Assembly (NCBI RefSeq): GCF_004010195.1
Contig: NC_057718.1
Coordinates: forward strand, 44,864,143-44,928,142
DNA: 64,000 bases
Origin: Chiloscyllium plagiosum
Taxonomy: Eukaryota
Reading direction: 5' to 3'
The first letter of the stretch is position 1, and each line of letters begins with the position of its first letter. Under the pieces are notes generated by a model. The model ran no database searches. It saw nothing but the letters and a program-made list of their open reading frames with translations, and was not told the origin of the DNA. A program made the translations under genes and the position numbers. Below are positions 23,613 through 36,380 of the stretch, in pieces.

Positions 23613-24184
23613 GATTATGTATCAATGCACAATTAAAATCGGAACATAATTCAAACTTTGCATTGAATAACTGCAATGTAACATTAATATGAAGGCTCTC
23701 ATGTTAAAATGGTAACAGTTACTTGTTTCAAATTATGTTATATTTCCCTCTTATACCAGTAGGTGGTGACATAATATGATTTCTAACCTTAATTTGACCA
23801 TATACAAAGGACATATTGAGTTGAATCTACCCATATTTTGTCAATTTTGGAGAGTTTCATAATGGATGTCCTTCCATGAGCCCAGCGACAATTCTCAAAC
23901 AATTCTCTGTGGCTCACATCATTGATTACACACTCAGTCTCCATGGCACCATTCTCTGACAATCCTGCAGTCAGCAGAGTAGGATGTGCTCCCAGGGCTG
24001 GGACCACCTGGCAATCACACATATGCCATGTTCAAATGCCAGCTTCAAATGCTGTAATGCTGGAACTGCCCTTAATGTATTACTGCACTCTAAACAACAC
24101 CAAGTCATCCACTAGGAGAAGTGGCAAACACCTAAGGTAGCAAGATTTCAGATGTGGCACCTTGGCATCATCTATGTAGCAAAA

Positions 24185-27100
24185 AACATATAACATAGAA
24201 CAATACAGTGCAAAACAGACCCTTTGGCCTGTGAACTAATCTAAGCTCATCCCCCTACACTATCCCATCATCATCCATGTGCTTATCCAAGGATTGTTTA
24301 AATCTCCCTAATGTGGCTGAGTTTACTACATTGGCAGGCAGGGCACTTCACGCCCTTCCCACTCTCTGAGTAAAGAACCTGTCTCTGACATCTGTCTTAA
24401 GTCTATCACCCCTCAATTTGTAGTTATGCCTCCTCATACAAGCTGACATCATCATCCTAGGAAAAAGACTTCCACTGTTTACCCTATCTAATCTGCTGAT
24501 CCTCTTGTATGTCTCTATCAAATCCCCTCTTAGCCTTATTCTTTCCAATGAGAACAGACCAAAGTCTGTCAGCCTTTCCTCATAAGACCTTCCCTCCAAA
24601 CCAGGCAACATCCTGGTAAATCTCCTCTGCACCTTTTCCAATGCTTCCACATCCTTTCTGTAATGAGGTGACCAGAGCTGTACACAATATTTCAAGTACA
24701 GCCGCACGAGCGTTTTGTATAGTTGCAGCATGACATTGCAGCTCCAGAACTCAATCCCTCTACCAATAAAACCTAACACACCATATGCCTTCTTAACAGC
24801 ACTATCAACCTGGGTGGCAATTTTCAGGGATCTATGTACATGGACTTCAAGATCTCTCGGCACACCCACACTACCAATAATCTTTCCATTGACCCAGTAT
24901 TCTGCCTTCCTGTTATTCTTCCCAAAATGGATCACCTCACATTTATCTGCATTGAACTATATTTGCCACATCTCAGCCCAATTCTGCAGTTTATCCAAGT
25001 CCCCCTGCACCTGCAACATTCTTCCACACTGTCCACTACTCCACCAACTTTAGTGTCACCTGCAAACTTACTAACCCATCCACCTTTGCCTGTGTCTAAA
25101 TCATTTATAAAAATGGTCCCAAAACAGATCCTTGTGACACACCATTAGTAACCGGACTCCAGGCTGAATATTTTCCATCAACAATCACTTGGTGCTTTCT
25201 TTCAGTTTCTAATCCAAACTGCTAAATCACTTTCAATCCCATGCCTCTGCATTTTTTCCAACAGCCTACCATATGGAACCTTATCAAAAGCTTTACTGAA
25301 GTCCATGTACACCACGTCAACTGCCCTACCCTCATCCACATGTTGGTCACCTTCTCAAAAAACTCAATGAGGTTTGTGAGACACGAGCTGCCCTTGTTGA
25401 CTATCTGCAATCAAATTGTTGCTTGCTAGATGATTATAAATCCTATCTCTTATAATCCTTTCCAAAATTTTTCCTACAATAGACGCAAAGCTCACTGGTC
25501 TATAATTAGTTGGTTCATCTCTACTGCCCTTCTTGAACAAGGGCACAACATCTGCAATCCTCTAGTCCTCTGGTACTAAACCTGTAGATAATGATGACTC
25601 AAACGTCAAAGCCAAAGGCTCTGCCATCTCCTCCCTAACTTCGCAGAGAATCCTCAAATAAATCCCATCCAATCCAGGGAACTTGTTTACTTTCACTCCT
25701 TCTCGAATTAATAACACCTCTTCCTTTCTAAGCTCGATCCTTTCTAGTCTAATATCTCACATCTTATTCTTCTCCTCTACAATATTCTCCTTTTCCTGAG
25801 TGAAAACCAATGAGAAATGTTTGTTTAGTACCTCTCCGATCTCCACAGGATCCACACACAACTTCCTACTTCTATCTTTGACTGGCCCTATTCCTACCCT
25901 AATCATCCTTTTATTCCTCACATACCTAGAGAAAGCTTTAGGGTTATCCTTTATTCTACCTGCTAAAGACTGTTCATGTACTCTCTTTGCTCTTCTTAAC
26001 TCTGTTTAAATCCCTTCTAGCTAATCTGTAACTCTCCATTGGCTTACCGGGACCATTTTGTCTCATCGACACATAAGTTTCCTTCTTCCACTTAACAAGA
26101 AATGCAATTTCTGTAGTAAACCACAGTTCCCTTACCTTATCACTTCCTCCCTGCCTGACAGGGACATACCTATCAAGGACACACAATATCTGTTCCTTAA
26201 ACCAGCTCCACATTTCAATTGTCCCTATCCCCTGCATTTTGCTACAGCATTCTTTGCATCCGAAGTGTTGCCTAATCGCATTATAATTGCCCTTGCCCAA
26301 TCGATAACTCTTGCCCTGTGGCATGTGCCTATCCCTTTCCATCGCTAAACTATATATAACTGAATTATGGTCACTCTCTCCAAAGTGCTCACCTATCACT
26401 AAATCAAACACCTGGCCTGGTCCATTACCAAGCACCAGATCCAGTATGGCCTCCCCTCTTGTCGGCCCTTTGACATACAGTGTCAGGAAACCCCCCCTGT
26501 ACACATTGGACAAAAACTGATCCAACTGACATACTAGAGTTGTAGCATTTCCAGTCAATGTTGGGGAAGTTAAAGCCCCCATAATGACCACCCTATTCCT
26601 TTCACTCCTACCAAGAATTGTATTGCCCATCCTCGCCTCCACTTTACTGGAACTCTGCGGAGGCCTATAAAAAAACTCTCAGCAGTGTGGCCTCTCCTCT
26701 CCTGTTTCTAACCTCAGCCCATACTACCTCAGTAGACGAGTCCTCGTCAAAAGTTCTTTCAACCACCATTATACTGTCCTTGACTAACAAGGCCACACCT
26801 CCCTCTCTTTTACCACCTTGCCTGTTCTTAATGAAAGATCTAAACCCTGGAACCTGCAACATCCATTCCTGACTCTGCTCTATCCATGTCTCCGAAATGG
26901 CCACAACATTGAAGTCCCAGGTACATATCCATGCTGCAATTTCACCTACCTTATTTCGGATACTTCTGGCATTGAAGTAGACACACTTCAAACCAGATTC
27001 TGGATTAGTGGGTGCTGGAAAAGCACAGCAGTTCAGGCAGCATCCAAGGAGCAGTAAAATCGACGTTTCAGGCAAAAGCCCTTCAACAGGAATACAGGCA

Positions 27101-27215
27101 GAGTGCCTGAAGGGTGGAGAGATAAAACCTTTTTACCTACACTTCAAACCAGCTGCCAACTCACATCCTCCTGTGCACTGGAACACCACCTCAGGTTCCC
27201 ATCCCCCTGTTAAGC
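24185..27215 (-). mobile_element. CR1 LINE, about 2.9 kb, ORF2 endonuclease and RT, disrupted
   Basis: LKCVYFNARSIRNKV..VAISETW, PTRGEAILDLVL..HFGESDHN, PLFKKGSRDEPTNYRPVS, LYKTLVR..LEKVQRRFTR; tail (AACATAG)n. Confidence 0.96.
26997..27138 (-). mobile_element. Family B Penelope-like repeat with a 14-bp TSD, inside CR1
   Basis: TSD ACACTTCAAACCAG at 26983-26996 and 27139-27152; minus strand CTGTTGA-AGGGC-TTTT-GCCT-GAAACGTC (mutated hammerhead). Confidence 0.9.
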
Positions 27216-27866
27216 CTACAGACATCTTAAAGATGATATGTTCAACTTTCCACAGATCCCCAAGATCATTTTAAGGCTCCATGTAATTTCAGCTCAGACT
27301 CTTTTGTTTTTTTGAAGCAGGGCAGTAATTCTTTCCTGGCCCATCCACCTGCTCAGTAACCCTCCGCTGTCCTCTACAAGACAGGGGACGAAACGATTGC
27401 AATAAAAACTTCCAGCTCGGCGAACAGAACCACAGCAAGTTGGTTGGCTATCCAAATAGATTTGTTTTTGCTTGCCCTCTTCTGTATGCATCCATTAATC
27501 CTCCAATCCCTTGAGATTCTCCCTTTCTTCCACTCATAAGACTCATCCTCTCTCTGACCTCACTTCTGCTTTTTTTCATTGTGCTGGTTGGTTTTTGATA
27601 CTGAGGCTAAGGACACCCCACTCTTCAGTCCAATTAACTGCCTTCATACAGTGATCTATAGCAGGAGAATCTCACGCTTCCCTTCTCTGCTGGCAGCTCA
27701 AAGTCAAATAACAGATTTTGAATACAAATCTGAGAATTATTTAAAGCTGAGCCGGGAAATAGGAAAGCAGAGAAGAAAAAGGAATACCTGACAGAAATAA
27801 GGAATGGTGATGAGAGCTTCCCTTAGCCAAATAAAATCCAGTTGAGGACCATTTTGTATCATGGAA

Positions 27867-28211
27867 ATAGAATCCCTACAGTATGGAAGCGGGCCATTCA
27901 TCCCGTCAAGGCAATAACGACCCTCCAAAGAGCCTCCCACCCAGACACATCCCCCTACTCTAACCCTGTAACCCTGAATTTTCTCATGGCTAATCCACCT
28001 AACCTGCACATCCCTAGAGACTATGGACAATTTAGCATGGCCAATCCACCTAACGTGCACATCTTTGGACTTTGGGAGCACCCAGAGGTAAGCCACACAG
28101 ACTCGGGGAGATTGTGCAAACTCCACACAGACTGTCTCCCAAGAGTGGAATCAAACACGGGTCCCTGGCACTGTGTGGCAGCAGTGCTAATCACAGAGCC
28201 ATCAAGCCACC
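27867..28211 (-). mobile_element. HE1-like V-SINE
   Basis: Reverse complement of the 7942 family (CAATTTAGCATGGCCAAT, GTGCAAACTCCACACAGAC, GGCAGCAGTGCTAA). Confidence 0.92.
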
Positions 28212-28714
28212 TGTGTCTATCTACAGAAATCAATTAAAGTTGTCTGGGACTCAATGTTGTGTTGCAAAGTGAAAAGAACAACTGAATCAAGGAGTTTCAG
28301 TTTTGAAGTATATTTGTCCATAACATCAAAATGAAGATAGCTGTGGTTCAAAGGATCAACCTGAAACCAAAGCTGAGAGGGCAGTTTTGCCTGCAGCCTC
28401 ACAGGTTGACACAGAGTCAAAGCAATAAAAACAGAAAGTGCATGATAAATGAAATAAAGTCTGCCAGCATCAACATTTGAAAGGATGTGGACCAGCCGGT
28501 AGTTTGAATTAGAGTGACCATGCTACCTGGCCCAAATGTAATGATCATATATGATAAATGTTGGTGAAACTGCGGCCAGAACAGATTCAGCTGTTCAATT
28601 TCTCAATGTGGCAATCAAAGAAAATCTCAACAAATCAGTACAAAAGGATGCTTGCCAAGAAGAGAAGAAATGCACCATTAGTGGCTTCAGTAATCCATTT
28701 TAAAGGACTTTGTC

Positions 28715-28872
28715 TAAAAGCAAAATTCTGCTGATGCTGAAGACAGAAAATATTGCAGAAACTCAGCAGTTTGGAAGCAACTGTGAAGAAAGAAACAGAG
28801 TTAACATTTTGAATCTAATGACTCTTCTTTGGAACAGATTTTGCTAGGTTTCTCCAGCATTTTCTGCTTTTC
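28715..28872. mobile_element. Old family C Penelope-like repeat with an inverted partial copy
   Basis: CTGCTGATGCTG..AAACTCAGCAG..AAACAGAGTTAACATTTTG is the reverse complement of the 3386 family, followed by GTTTCTCCAGCATTTTCTGC. Confidence 0.55.
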
Positions 28873-28877
28873 TTGAT

Positions 28878-29716
28878 GGGTTAAGTAAGTGGATAAAAAG
28901 TTGGCAAATGGAGTATAAGGTGGAAAATGCAAATTTGTTCATGAAGGAGGAGAGAACAGAAGAACAGAGTATTTTTTAAATGGAGAAAAACTATAGAAAA
29001 CTGCAGCATAACAGGACTTAGGGGGGTACTTGAGCATGAGACACAGAAAACTAGCACACTGGTCCAGCAGGTAATCAGGAAGGCCAATGGAATATTGGCC
29101 CTTATTTCACGGAGGTTGAAGTATAAGAGTAGGGATGTCTTACTGCAACTTTACAAGGCACTGGTGAGATCACATCTCGAATATTGTGAGCAGTATTCAT
29201 CCTATTATTTAAGGAAAGCTATCATTTCATTGGAGGCAGTTCACAGAAGGTTTACTCACATGATGACCTATATAGAAGGATTGTTTTATGAGCAAAGGCT
29301 AAACAGATTGGAACTTGAATCACTGAAGTTTAGAAGAATAAGAGATGATCTCGTTGAAACATAAAAGATTCTTAAGGGATTTGACGGGATAAATGGAAAA
29401 TCTAGCACCAAATAGCACAGTCTCAAAATAAAGAGATGCTCAGTTAAGACAGAGATGTGGAGGGATTTCTCCTCTCAGAAGGCTGAATGTCTTTGGGACT
29501 CTTTACCGCAGAATGCTGTAGGAGTAGAGCCCTTGTGTATACAGTATTTAAGGCTGTGATAGGTTATTGATCAGTAGGGGAATCAACTGTTACAGGGAAG
29601 GGATAGGAAAGTGAACATGAAGAATGTCGGATCAATCATGATCCTACGAATGGTGGAGCACTCTCGAGCAGCTGTATGGCCTGCTTCTGTTCCTATTTCT
29701 TATGGCCTTATGATCT
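28878..29716 (+). mobile_element. CR1 3' fragment
   Basis: ORF 29095-29364 YKSRDVLLQLYKALVRSHLEYC..LEAVHRRFT; tail TCTTATGGCCTTATGATCTT. Confidence 0.9.
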
Positions 29717-30832
29717 TCAGGACATGGGCAAAACCAAGGTGTTTCTTGTAGCTCCAGAGTAATGAAAGAAATCTTGGGAGATGCAAGTGAACTTGCTGAG
29801 GATTTGAAGATACTAATATACTTTGAATCATTTCTATATTAAGAGAAAGAGAAACAGATTGCATATTAAGCAGATAATCAGCCTATTCAGAATTCCAGGA
29901 AAAAATTTAAAATGAACTTTCATTTTGCAGTCCTTGAAACAGCAATTCAGTTGGTTGAAGAATGAATTACGCAGATGCATCATATTGATTCTGTGTACAT
30001 CATTGGAAATTATTAAAAATTGCTTCAAACTGGAGCAATGGGGATGCAAAAGACAGCAATGCCACAAATTTGTACAGCACTTTGCGAGCCATTGTAAGAC
30101 AAGTTAGAATGCATACACCACCAAGAGATTTATTGAACTTTGTAAATATAAGCTATGTTTTCAATACATTTATTCTGTTCCACTTATAACCTTCCCTGTT
30201 TCTGTGGTCTGAGGTGATCCAAGCCAAAGTCAATCAAAAAATGCATTCATTCCTCAATGACACAAGAAAGACTAGTTGACCTATCCACCTTGTGAACAGG
30301 ACATGAAACAGCACAAGATATTGACCAGAAGGAACTTGTTTCTACATTTGCTAAATTAACACCAAGGAAAATAACACCATAAATTCTGGATCAGCTTTGA
30401 TGCAGAAATATAGTGCAGCATCATGTGAACCATGTTATATATTGATATGCACTTCTTCTGGTACATATAATATCCTGTGAAAATTGCAGAATAATAAGAA
30501 TGTATATTCAGTATCATAATATACTTCTCACGTAAAATAAATGTATTTTTTATTTGTAGCAACATCAAATTTAGTCAGTTCCAGTTATCCAAGGTGTAAG
30601 TACAAAGTTGAACGTGACAAAAAGATTAAGCCAGCATATAGAGTCCAAATAGAGTAGATACTGTGATCTCGCGTGTTGTATAATGGTGAGGAGAGACTGA
30701 ACACATTTTCTTCATGCACCCTCAATGCTAGTGACCAAAGAAATTACTCTCAGAAAATCAAGTATTATCTATGATTTTTGGAGTAAGATACAAAATGACT
30801 TGTATGGTCATTGTTTCAAAACTGATCATTGT

Positions 30833-31110
30833 GGGCGGCACGGTGGCACAGTGGTTAGCACTGCTGCCTCACAGCGCCAGAGACCCGGGTTCTCCCCGTG
30901 TCTGCGTGGGTTTCCTCCGGGTGCTCCGGTTTCCTCCCACAGTCCAAAGATGACCGGTCAGGTGAATTGGCCATGCTAAATTGCCCATAGTGTTAGGTTA
31001 AAGGGGTAAATGTAGGGGTATGGGTGGGTTGCACTTCGGCGGGTCGGTGTGGACTTGTTGGGCCGAAGGGCCTGTTTCCACACTGTAAGTAATCTAATCT
31101 AATCTAATCT
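30833..31110 (+). mobile_element. Young HE1-like V-SINE lacking about 43 nt including the B box
   Basis: CpGs intact; GGGTTC is joined directly to TCCCCGTG; (AATCT)4 tail. Confidence 0.95.
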
Positions 31111-31763
31111 AAACCGCTGTTGGTTCTCACTTTAGCCACTGACAGCAGCCACTTTAGCTACAGCCAGAATGTAATGTTGACCTTTGTCTTGGTCAGTTTA
31201 TAAGTACCTCTGAAATACAAAGGATTGGACGGCCATTGTAATGTTGATGTGATGTCGAGATTTCCATCTCCAACAAAGTAGAATCTAGCAGGGAAGATGT
31301 GTTGACAGTCACAGCAGATAACATTGGTAGCACAACTTATCAACTATATCACAAATGGCTGGCTAACATAATACGAGGTTTAGAAATCAGACCTTTTTTT
31401 CTCTCCATCAGAATGGGTTTTGAGATGATAAATGTGTTATGTAAGGAGCCAGAGTTGTAATTCAGGAAAGGTATAGATCACAGTTGCTATGTAATATTCA
31501 TGATCAGAGTCTAGCAAGAAGTCATCTTTAGAGGCCAGGGTTTGATAAGGACAAAGAGGCGCAGTGAAATGGTGTAGAGTTAAACTATAGAAAGAAGTTG
31601 CCATTGATATTTTTGAAATGGGGAATTGGCCAATTAGAATGTGGCAGAGGCAGGTCTTTGATTTTGCAGAATTTGAAGGGCAGCAGCTTTTCGTTGTGCT
31701 AGACAGCCATTTGAAGCATGTTAAGGTGTTTCTAATGGGTTGAACAACAACCAGCAACACAGA

Positions 31764-32732
31764 GTCCTATTTTCTTTGTCATTTATATAAATGATTTGGA
31801 TGAGAATACAGTAAGCATGATTAGCAAGTTTATGGATGACACTAGAATTGGTGGCATAGTAGACAGTGAAGAAGATTTCTAAGTTTAGAAACGGATCTTG
31901 ATCAAATGGGTCAATGGACTGAAAAATGGCGTTTAGAGTTTAATCTGGATAAATGTGAGGTATTGCATTTTGGTAGAACAAACAAGGGTAAGGCTTATAC
32001 AATTAACAGTGGTGTCTTGGATACTGTGGTAGAACAGTGGGACCGAGAAATTCAGTACATAATTCTTTGAAGTTTGTGTCACATATAGACAAGGTGGTTA
32101 AAAAGCCATTTGGTACATTTGCCTTCATTGCTCAGTCTTTTGTATATAGGAATTGGAACATCACATTGAGGTTGTACTGGACATTTGTGTGGCCTCTTCT
32201 GGAATATTGTGTCCAGTCTGGTCGCTTCGTTACAGGAAGGATATTATTAAGCTGGAGAAGGTTCAGGAATTATTTACCAGGATGTTGCCAAGCATGTAAG
32301 GTTTGAGTTGTAAAGAAAGGTTGGATAGGTTCAGATGTTTTTCACTGGAGCAAAAGAGATTGAGAGGCAACCTTATATAAGTTTATAAAATAATGAGGGG
32401 TATAGATGCAGTTAGTAGTACTTGTCTTTTCCCTTAGATGGGGAATTTCAAGACCAGGGGGCATATATTTAAGGTGAGAGAGAGATTTAAAAAAGACATG
32501 TGGGGCAATATCTTTACACACAGGGTGGTTGGCATGTGGAATGAATGTCATGGGGAAGTGGTGGGTGTGGATACAATTACAATATATAAAAGACATTTGG
32601 ATAAGCACATGAATAGGAGAGGTTTGGAGGGATATGGGCCAGGAGCAGGCAGTACTAACTTAGTTTAGGATTATGTTCAGCATGGACTGGTTGGACTGAA
32701 GCATCTGTTTCCATGCTGTATGATTCTACGAT
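31764..32732 (+). mobile_element. CR1 3' fragment inside the Gypsy integrase
   Basis: IYINDLD..SKFMDDT, LEYCVQ, FTHRVVGMWNE; tail TGTTTCCATGCTGTATGATTCTA. Confidence 0.95.
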
Positions 32733-32805
32733 TGTGTTAGAGACTTTGCATAGTTTGATTGCTGCTCATGGGCTCCCAGACGAACTTCTGTCTGATAATG
32801 TGGAC

Positions 32806-33158
32806 ATTAGATTTATCATAAACTCCCTATGGAAACAGGCAATTTGGTATAACAAGTTGACATTGACCCATCGAAGAGTACCCCTCCCAGACCCATTCCG
32901 CTACCCTATTGCACTGCATTTTCCCTGACTAATGCACCTAACCTACATATCCCCAAACACTATGGGACAATTTAGCATAGCCAATTCACCTAACCTGCAT
33001 ATCTTTGGATTGTGGGAGGAGTCTGGAGTACCCGGAGGAAAGCCAATCAGACACGGGGAGAATGTGCAAACTCCACACAGACAGTAGCCTGAGGCTGGAA
33101 TCGAACCCAGGTCCCTGGTGTTGTGAGGCAGCAGTGCTAACCACTGAGCCACTGTGCC
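32806..33158 (-). mobile_element. HE1-like V-SINE
   Basis: GGAATCGAACCC (B box, reverse complement), GGCAGCAGTGCTAACCACTGAGCCAC, ACGGGGAGAATGTGCAAACTCCACACAGAC. Confidence 0.92.
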
Positions 33159-34139
33159 TCAAGAGTCTTCAAATTTTGTGAAGATGAACAGGGTAGAACA
33201 CACTAGAATTGCAGCATTTCATCTTGCTTTGAATGTACACAATACATGTTGTGATGTGTTCTCGTTAAGCAAATGGCAGTTACAAACTGGGAAAAATGTC
33301 AGACATCTCTGAATCATAAGCTGACAATTTTTTTTTGTTTATGTATCATAACGCATCTTATATTACTACTGGTGGGATGCCAGGTGTATTGTTTCTTAGA
33401 AGACAGACTCGAACATTTTTTTCTTTGCTAAAGCCATACTTAGCACAGTCAGTAGAAGAAAAACAATCCAGGCAGGGAGTCACAATAGAGAAAGATAGCG
33501 GGAGAAAGGAATCTTAAGTTGAACCAGATGGTTGAGGTAAAAAGAAACATCATAAGTGGTTGCTACAAGAAATATGTAATCATCACTTACTTAGTCATGA
33601 TGCTTGGTAGTGGAAAGACTGGGCTTGGACATGCTAATCATGTCTTATACTTCAGAGGTTCCAGAAGAAAAAGAGAGTTGACAAGAATCAAATGAGTGTG
33701 GTGATTTGGGTAGTTGGAATAAGTGTGGACTATCAATTGTTACTTCACCATAAGTTGTGACTGTAACCAGTTCAGGCCTGGATCAGAGTCAAACAGACTC
33801 CAATGAAAGGAAAAATCAATCATTGTTAGAGAAAATTTCCAAAAGTGGGCAAGGTCCTCTTCTCAAGTTCTGAAAATTTGAATCCAGAAAAGAGGCATCA
33901 TTTTAGGAATAAGAAATCAATGTTTATTATATTTGTAAATAAATTGAAAATGAGAAATGCTTATGAGTTTTATGGAATGTTAAAAAATTGTTCAATATTT
34001 TCATTAGGGAAAGAAGTGCTTAAATACACCTTATTTGTACATCTGAATTCTATGTGTCATTGAAAAAAAGGTTTAATTCGGGGTTGACCCTCTTTGTGTT
34101 GTTTACTATTTTAGTTTGTCCTGAAAAGATATCACAACC

Positions 34140-34605
34140 ATGTCTGGAGCATTTTAACTCCAGAAAGGATATATTGGTCTTAAAGGGAGTGCATTGATTT
34201 ACCAGGATTATATCCAGGCTTCAAGAGTTAAATTAGGGGAAAGATTTGGACTCCATATGGTTAAAAGGTGATTTAAGATATTAAGGGGAACAAACAGGTT
34301 AGCTGGGATAAATTAGTTCTGCATGTTGGTTCAGGGGTGTTATCTCAAATTTGGAGTCAGATCTTTCAGGAGTAGTTAGAAAATATTTCTACAAATGAAA
34401 GTTGTGAGAAGTTCATAGCTTACTTTCAAACTGGTGATGGATACTAAATAAATTGACAATTTTAAACCTGAGATTGATAGTTGTTTGAAAGCAACTGGTA
34501 TTCAAGTATTAGGCAAAGGTGGATAACTGGGGTTAGGTGACAGACAGCAAAAATCTCAACTGGCTCAAGGAGCTTATTTACTTTCTGCTGCTCCTATGTC
34601 CCTGT
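34140..34605 (+). mobile_element. Old CR1 3' fragment
   Basis: AGAAAGGATATATTGG..TTTACCAGGAT..GAGATTGATAG..CTGCTCCTATGTCCCTG. Confidence 0.7.
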
Positions 34606-34898
34606 GCCTGGTCAAAATTAAATTTTTAAATTAAAAATCTAATAATTGTGAATTGTAAGTATTTAAAATGAGAATCTACCATTTCTGACATAAAGTATTT
34701 TGTGGGAATAGATATCCCACCCTGTCCCCTTCCACCCTCTTATCCATCCCAACTGCAGAAATTGACCTTTTGACTTTTATATTTTGACTAAGTTTTGGGG
34801 TTTTCATGTATTTATGCTTTCATTTGTTCTGATTCAAATGAAAATATCCCAACTACTTAATTCAAAAGTGATACTAAACTAAATCTTCAGAACTCTAC

Positions 34899-34997
34899 CT
34901 CTGGTACCATTTATATGAGCTAGCTAGACGCTTTGTCATCATAGGTAGACTTGCGACCACCATTCTTTTAGAATTGGATCCACGGAGCCTGGTTTGT
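34899..34997 (-). other. Candidate 99-nt exon
   Basis: ttgtaattttcctgtactacatcag|ACAAACC...GTACCAGAG|gtagag; open only in phase 2 (QTRLRGSNSKRMVVASLPMMTKRLASSYKWYQ). Confidence 0.3.
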
Positions 34998-35642
34998 CTG
35001 ATGTAGTACAGGAAAATTACAAGGTAGTCTATTGCAAAGTAGCTCTTGTCTTAAACAAGATCAGTTTATTGTATGACAGCAATCAGGTAGAAGTTACATT
35101 GATAGAGACAGATTTTATTCAAAGAAAATGACAAAGCATTACTTGGCTACCTGTCGCCTTTGAAATCCACTATTTTTCTGCCTTTCCCCAACCAAGTCCT
35201 TATGACATCATCAGATGAGGTGGAGTTTAATGCTGACTTCAGCATTTACCCTTTCAGAACCAATAACTTACACAACAGATATAACTTCTTGTTTTCATAT
35301 GAAAGATCAGCATTTTTCAGAGAGTATCTGCTATTTTTCTAAGTGGCTGGTCATCTTTTGATTGTTCTCTAATTTGGTAATGATGGAACTGTAACATGCA
35401 AGTTTGTATCTGAGATTAGTCCCCACAAATCTACATCCAGAACCTCAACCTGAGCTACAAATCTTCTCGAAACTCATTATTCCCCACTGTTTTACAATGG
35501 TGGCTACATCTGTGCAGATGTTAGGTACTGAAACTTTTGTAATCTGCTTCAAACACTCTGAGTGAGTTACTTAAATCTCAGTCACAACGGTCCATGAATA
35601 GCTTTCACTATAACCCTTCTATTCGTTAACCATAATGAGATG

Positions 35643-36380
35643 AGATTTGGAGGTGCCAGTGTAGGATTGGGGTGGACAAAGTTAAAAATCACACAACACC
35701 AGGTTATAGTCCAACAGGTTTGTTTGAAAGCACTAGCTTTTGGAGTGTTGCTCCTTCATCAGCTGCTTGTGGAGTATAAGATTGTAAGACAGAATTTATA
35801 CCTAAAGTTTACAGTGTGATGTAACTGAATTATATATTGAAAAACACCTGGATTGTTTGTTAAGTCTCTCATATTTTTGAATGAACACGTTGGTTTCAGT
35901 TCTTTCATATGTAAATTGCAGAACTTTTTTGAAAGTTACATTCTCAAGTGAACTTTAACAATTGGTGTCATGTCAGCCCAGATAATGCATTTAAGGTGTG
36001 AGGTGTCCTGTGTGAGGCTGTCTGTGCCACAATGTTCAGACTGATCCTAATCTAATAAACTGATTTATAGAATCATACATGGATTCATGCAGTTTTTGAG
36101 CAAAATAAAATGTAATTCTGCAAGTACAAATTCACCCCACAAATTTAAGTGTGTGTGTGTGTGTGTGTGTGTGGAGGGGGGGGGGGGGGGGGGGGTGCGG
36201 TTATGAGTGTCTCTGAGACAGTGTGTGTAAGTATGTGAGTGTGAGTGTAAAGGGGTATAAGTCTGTGAGAGGGTGCGTGTGAGTGTGGGAGTGTATGTGT
36301 GAGCGTATGAGAGAAAGCTTGTGTCTGAGAGAGCATCTAGGTAAGTATATTGGTCTGTAGGAGTGTATGTGTGTCTGTAG
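35643..36380 (-). mobile_element. Non-autonomous Penelope-like element (family A)
   Basis: GATTTGGAG..CAAAGTTAAAAATCACACAACACCAGGTTATAGTCCAACAGG; minus strand CTGATGA-A-GGAGC-AAC-ACTCC-AAAAGCTAGTG (hammerhead with G12 changed to A); internal region homologous to 12050-12420. Confidence 0.87.
36149..36195 (+). repeat. (GT)n microsatellite followed by a poly-G run
   Basis: About 12 GT units, then about 20 consecutive G. Confidence 0.95.

Larger units (their letters stand above)
28232..30382 (+). mobile_element. hAT transposase remnant (ZMYM1-like/Tip100-type), split by CR1 and Penelope-like inserts
   Basis: KKFKMNFHFAVLETAIQLVEE (near 29900), LITFPVSV, and HSSMTQERLVDLSTL*TGHETAQDIDQKELVSTFAKLTPRK (30248-30382) match the hAT C-terminal dimerisation region; the N-terminal KLSG../SDHATWP pieces at 28232-28540 are weaker. 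Confidence 0.65.
30590..33700 (+). mobile_element. Ty3/Gypsy pol remnant (RNase H to integrase), split by SINE, CR1 and SINE
   Basis: Colinear motifs: RNYSQ, IFGV..LYG..TDH|KPLL, TLATARM, NVDVMSRFP, WPIRMWQR..DFAEFEG..VVLDSH, HGLPDELLSDN, HTRIAAFH, YHNASYITTG..LFLRRQTRTFFSLLKP. Confidence 0.85.

Noticed and set aside
35730..35765. Catalytically active hammerheads in this copy and at 7240, 12865, 27060, 43768 and 55178
   Set aside because: Each has substitutions or truncation in core positions or helix III; only 12428-12462 keeps a full core.
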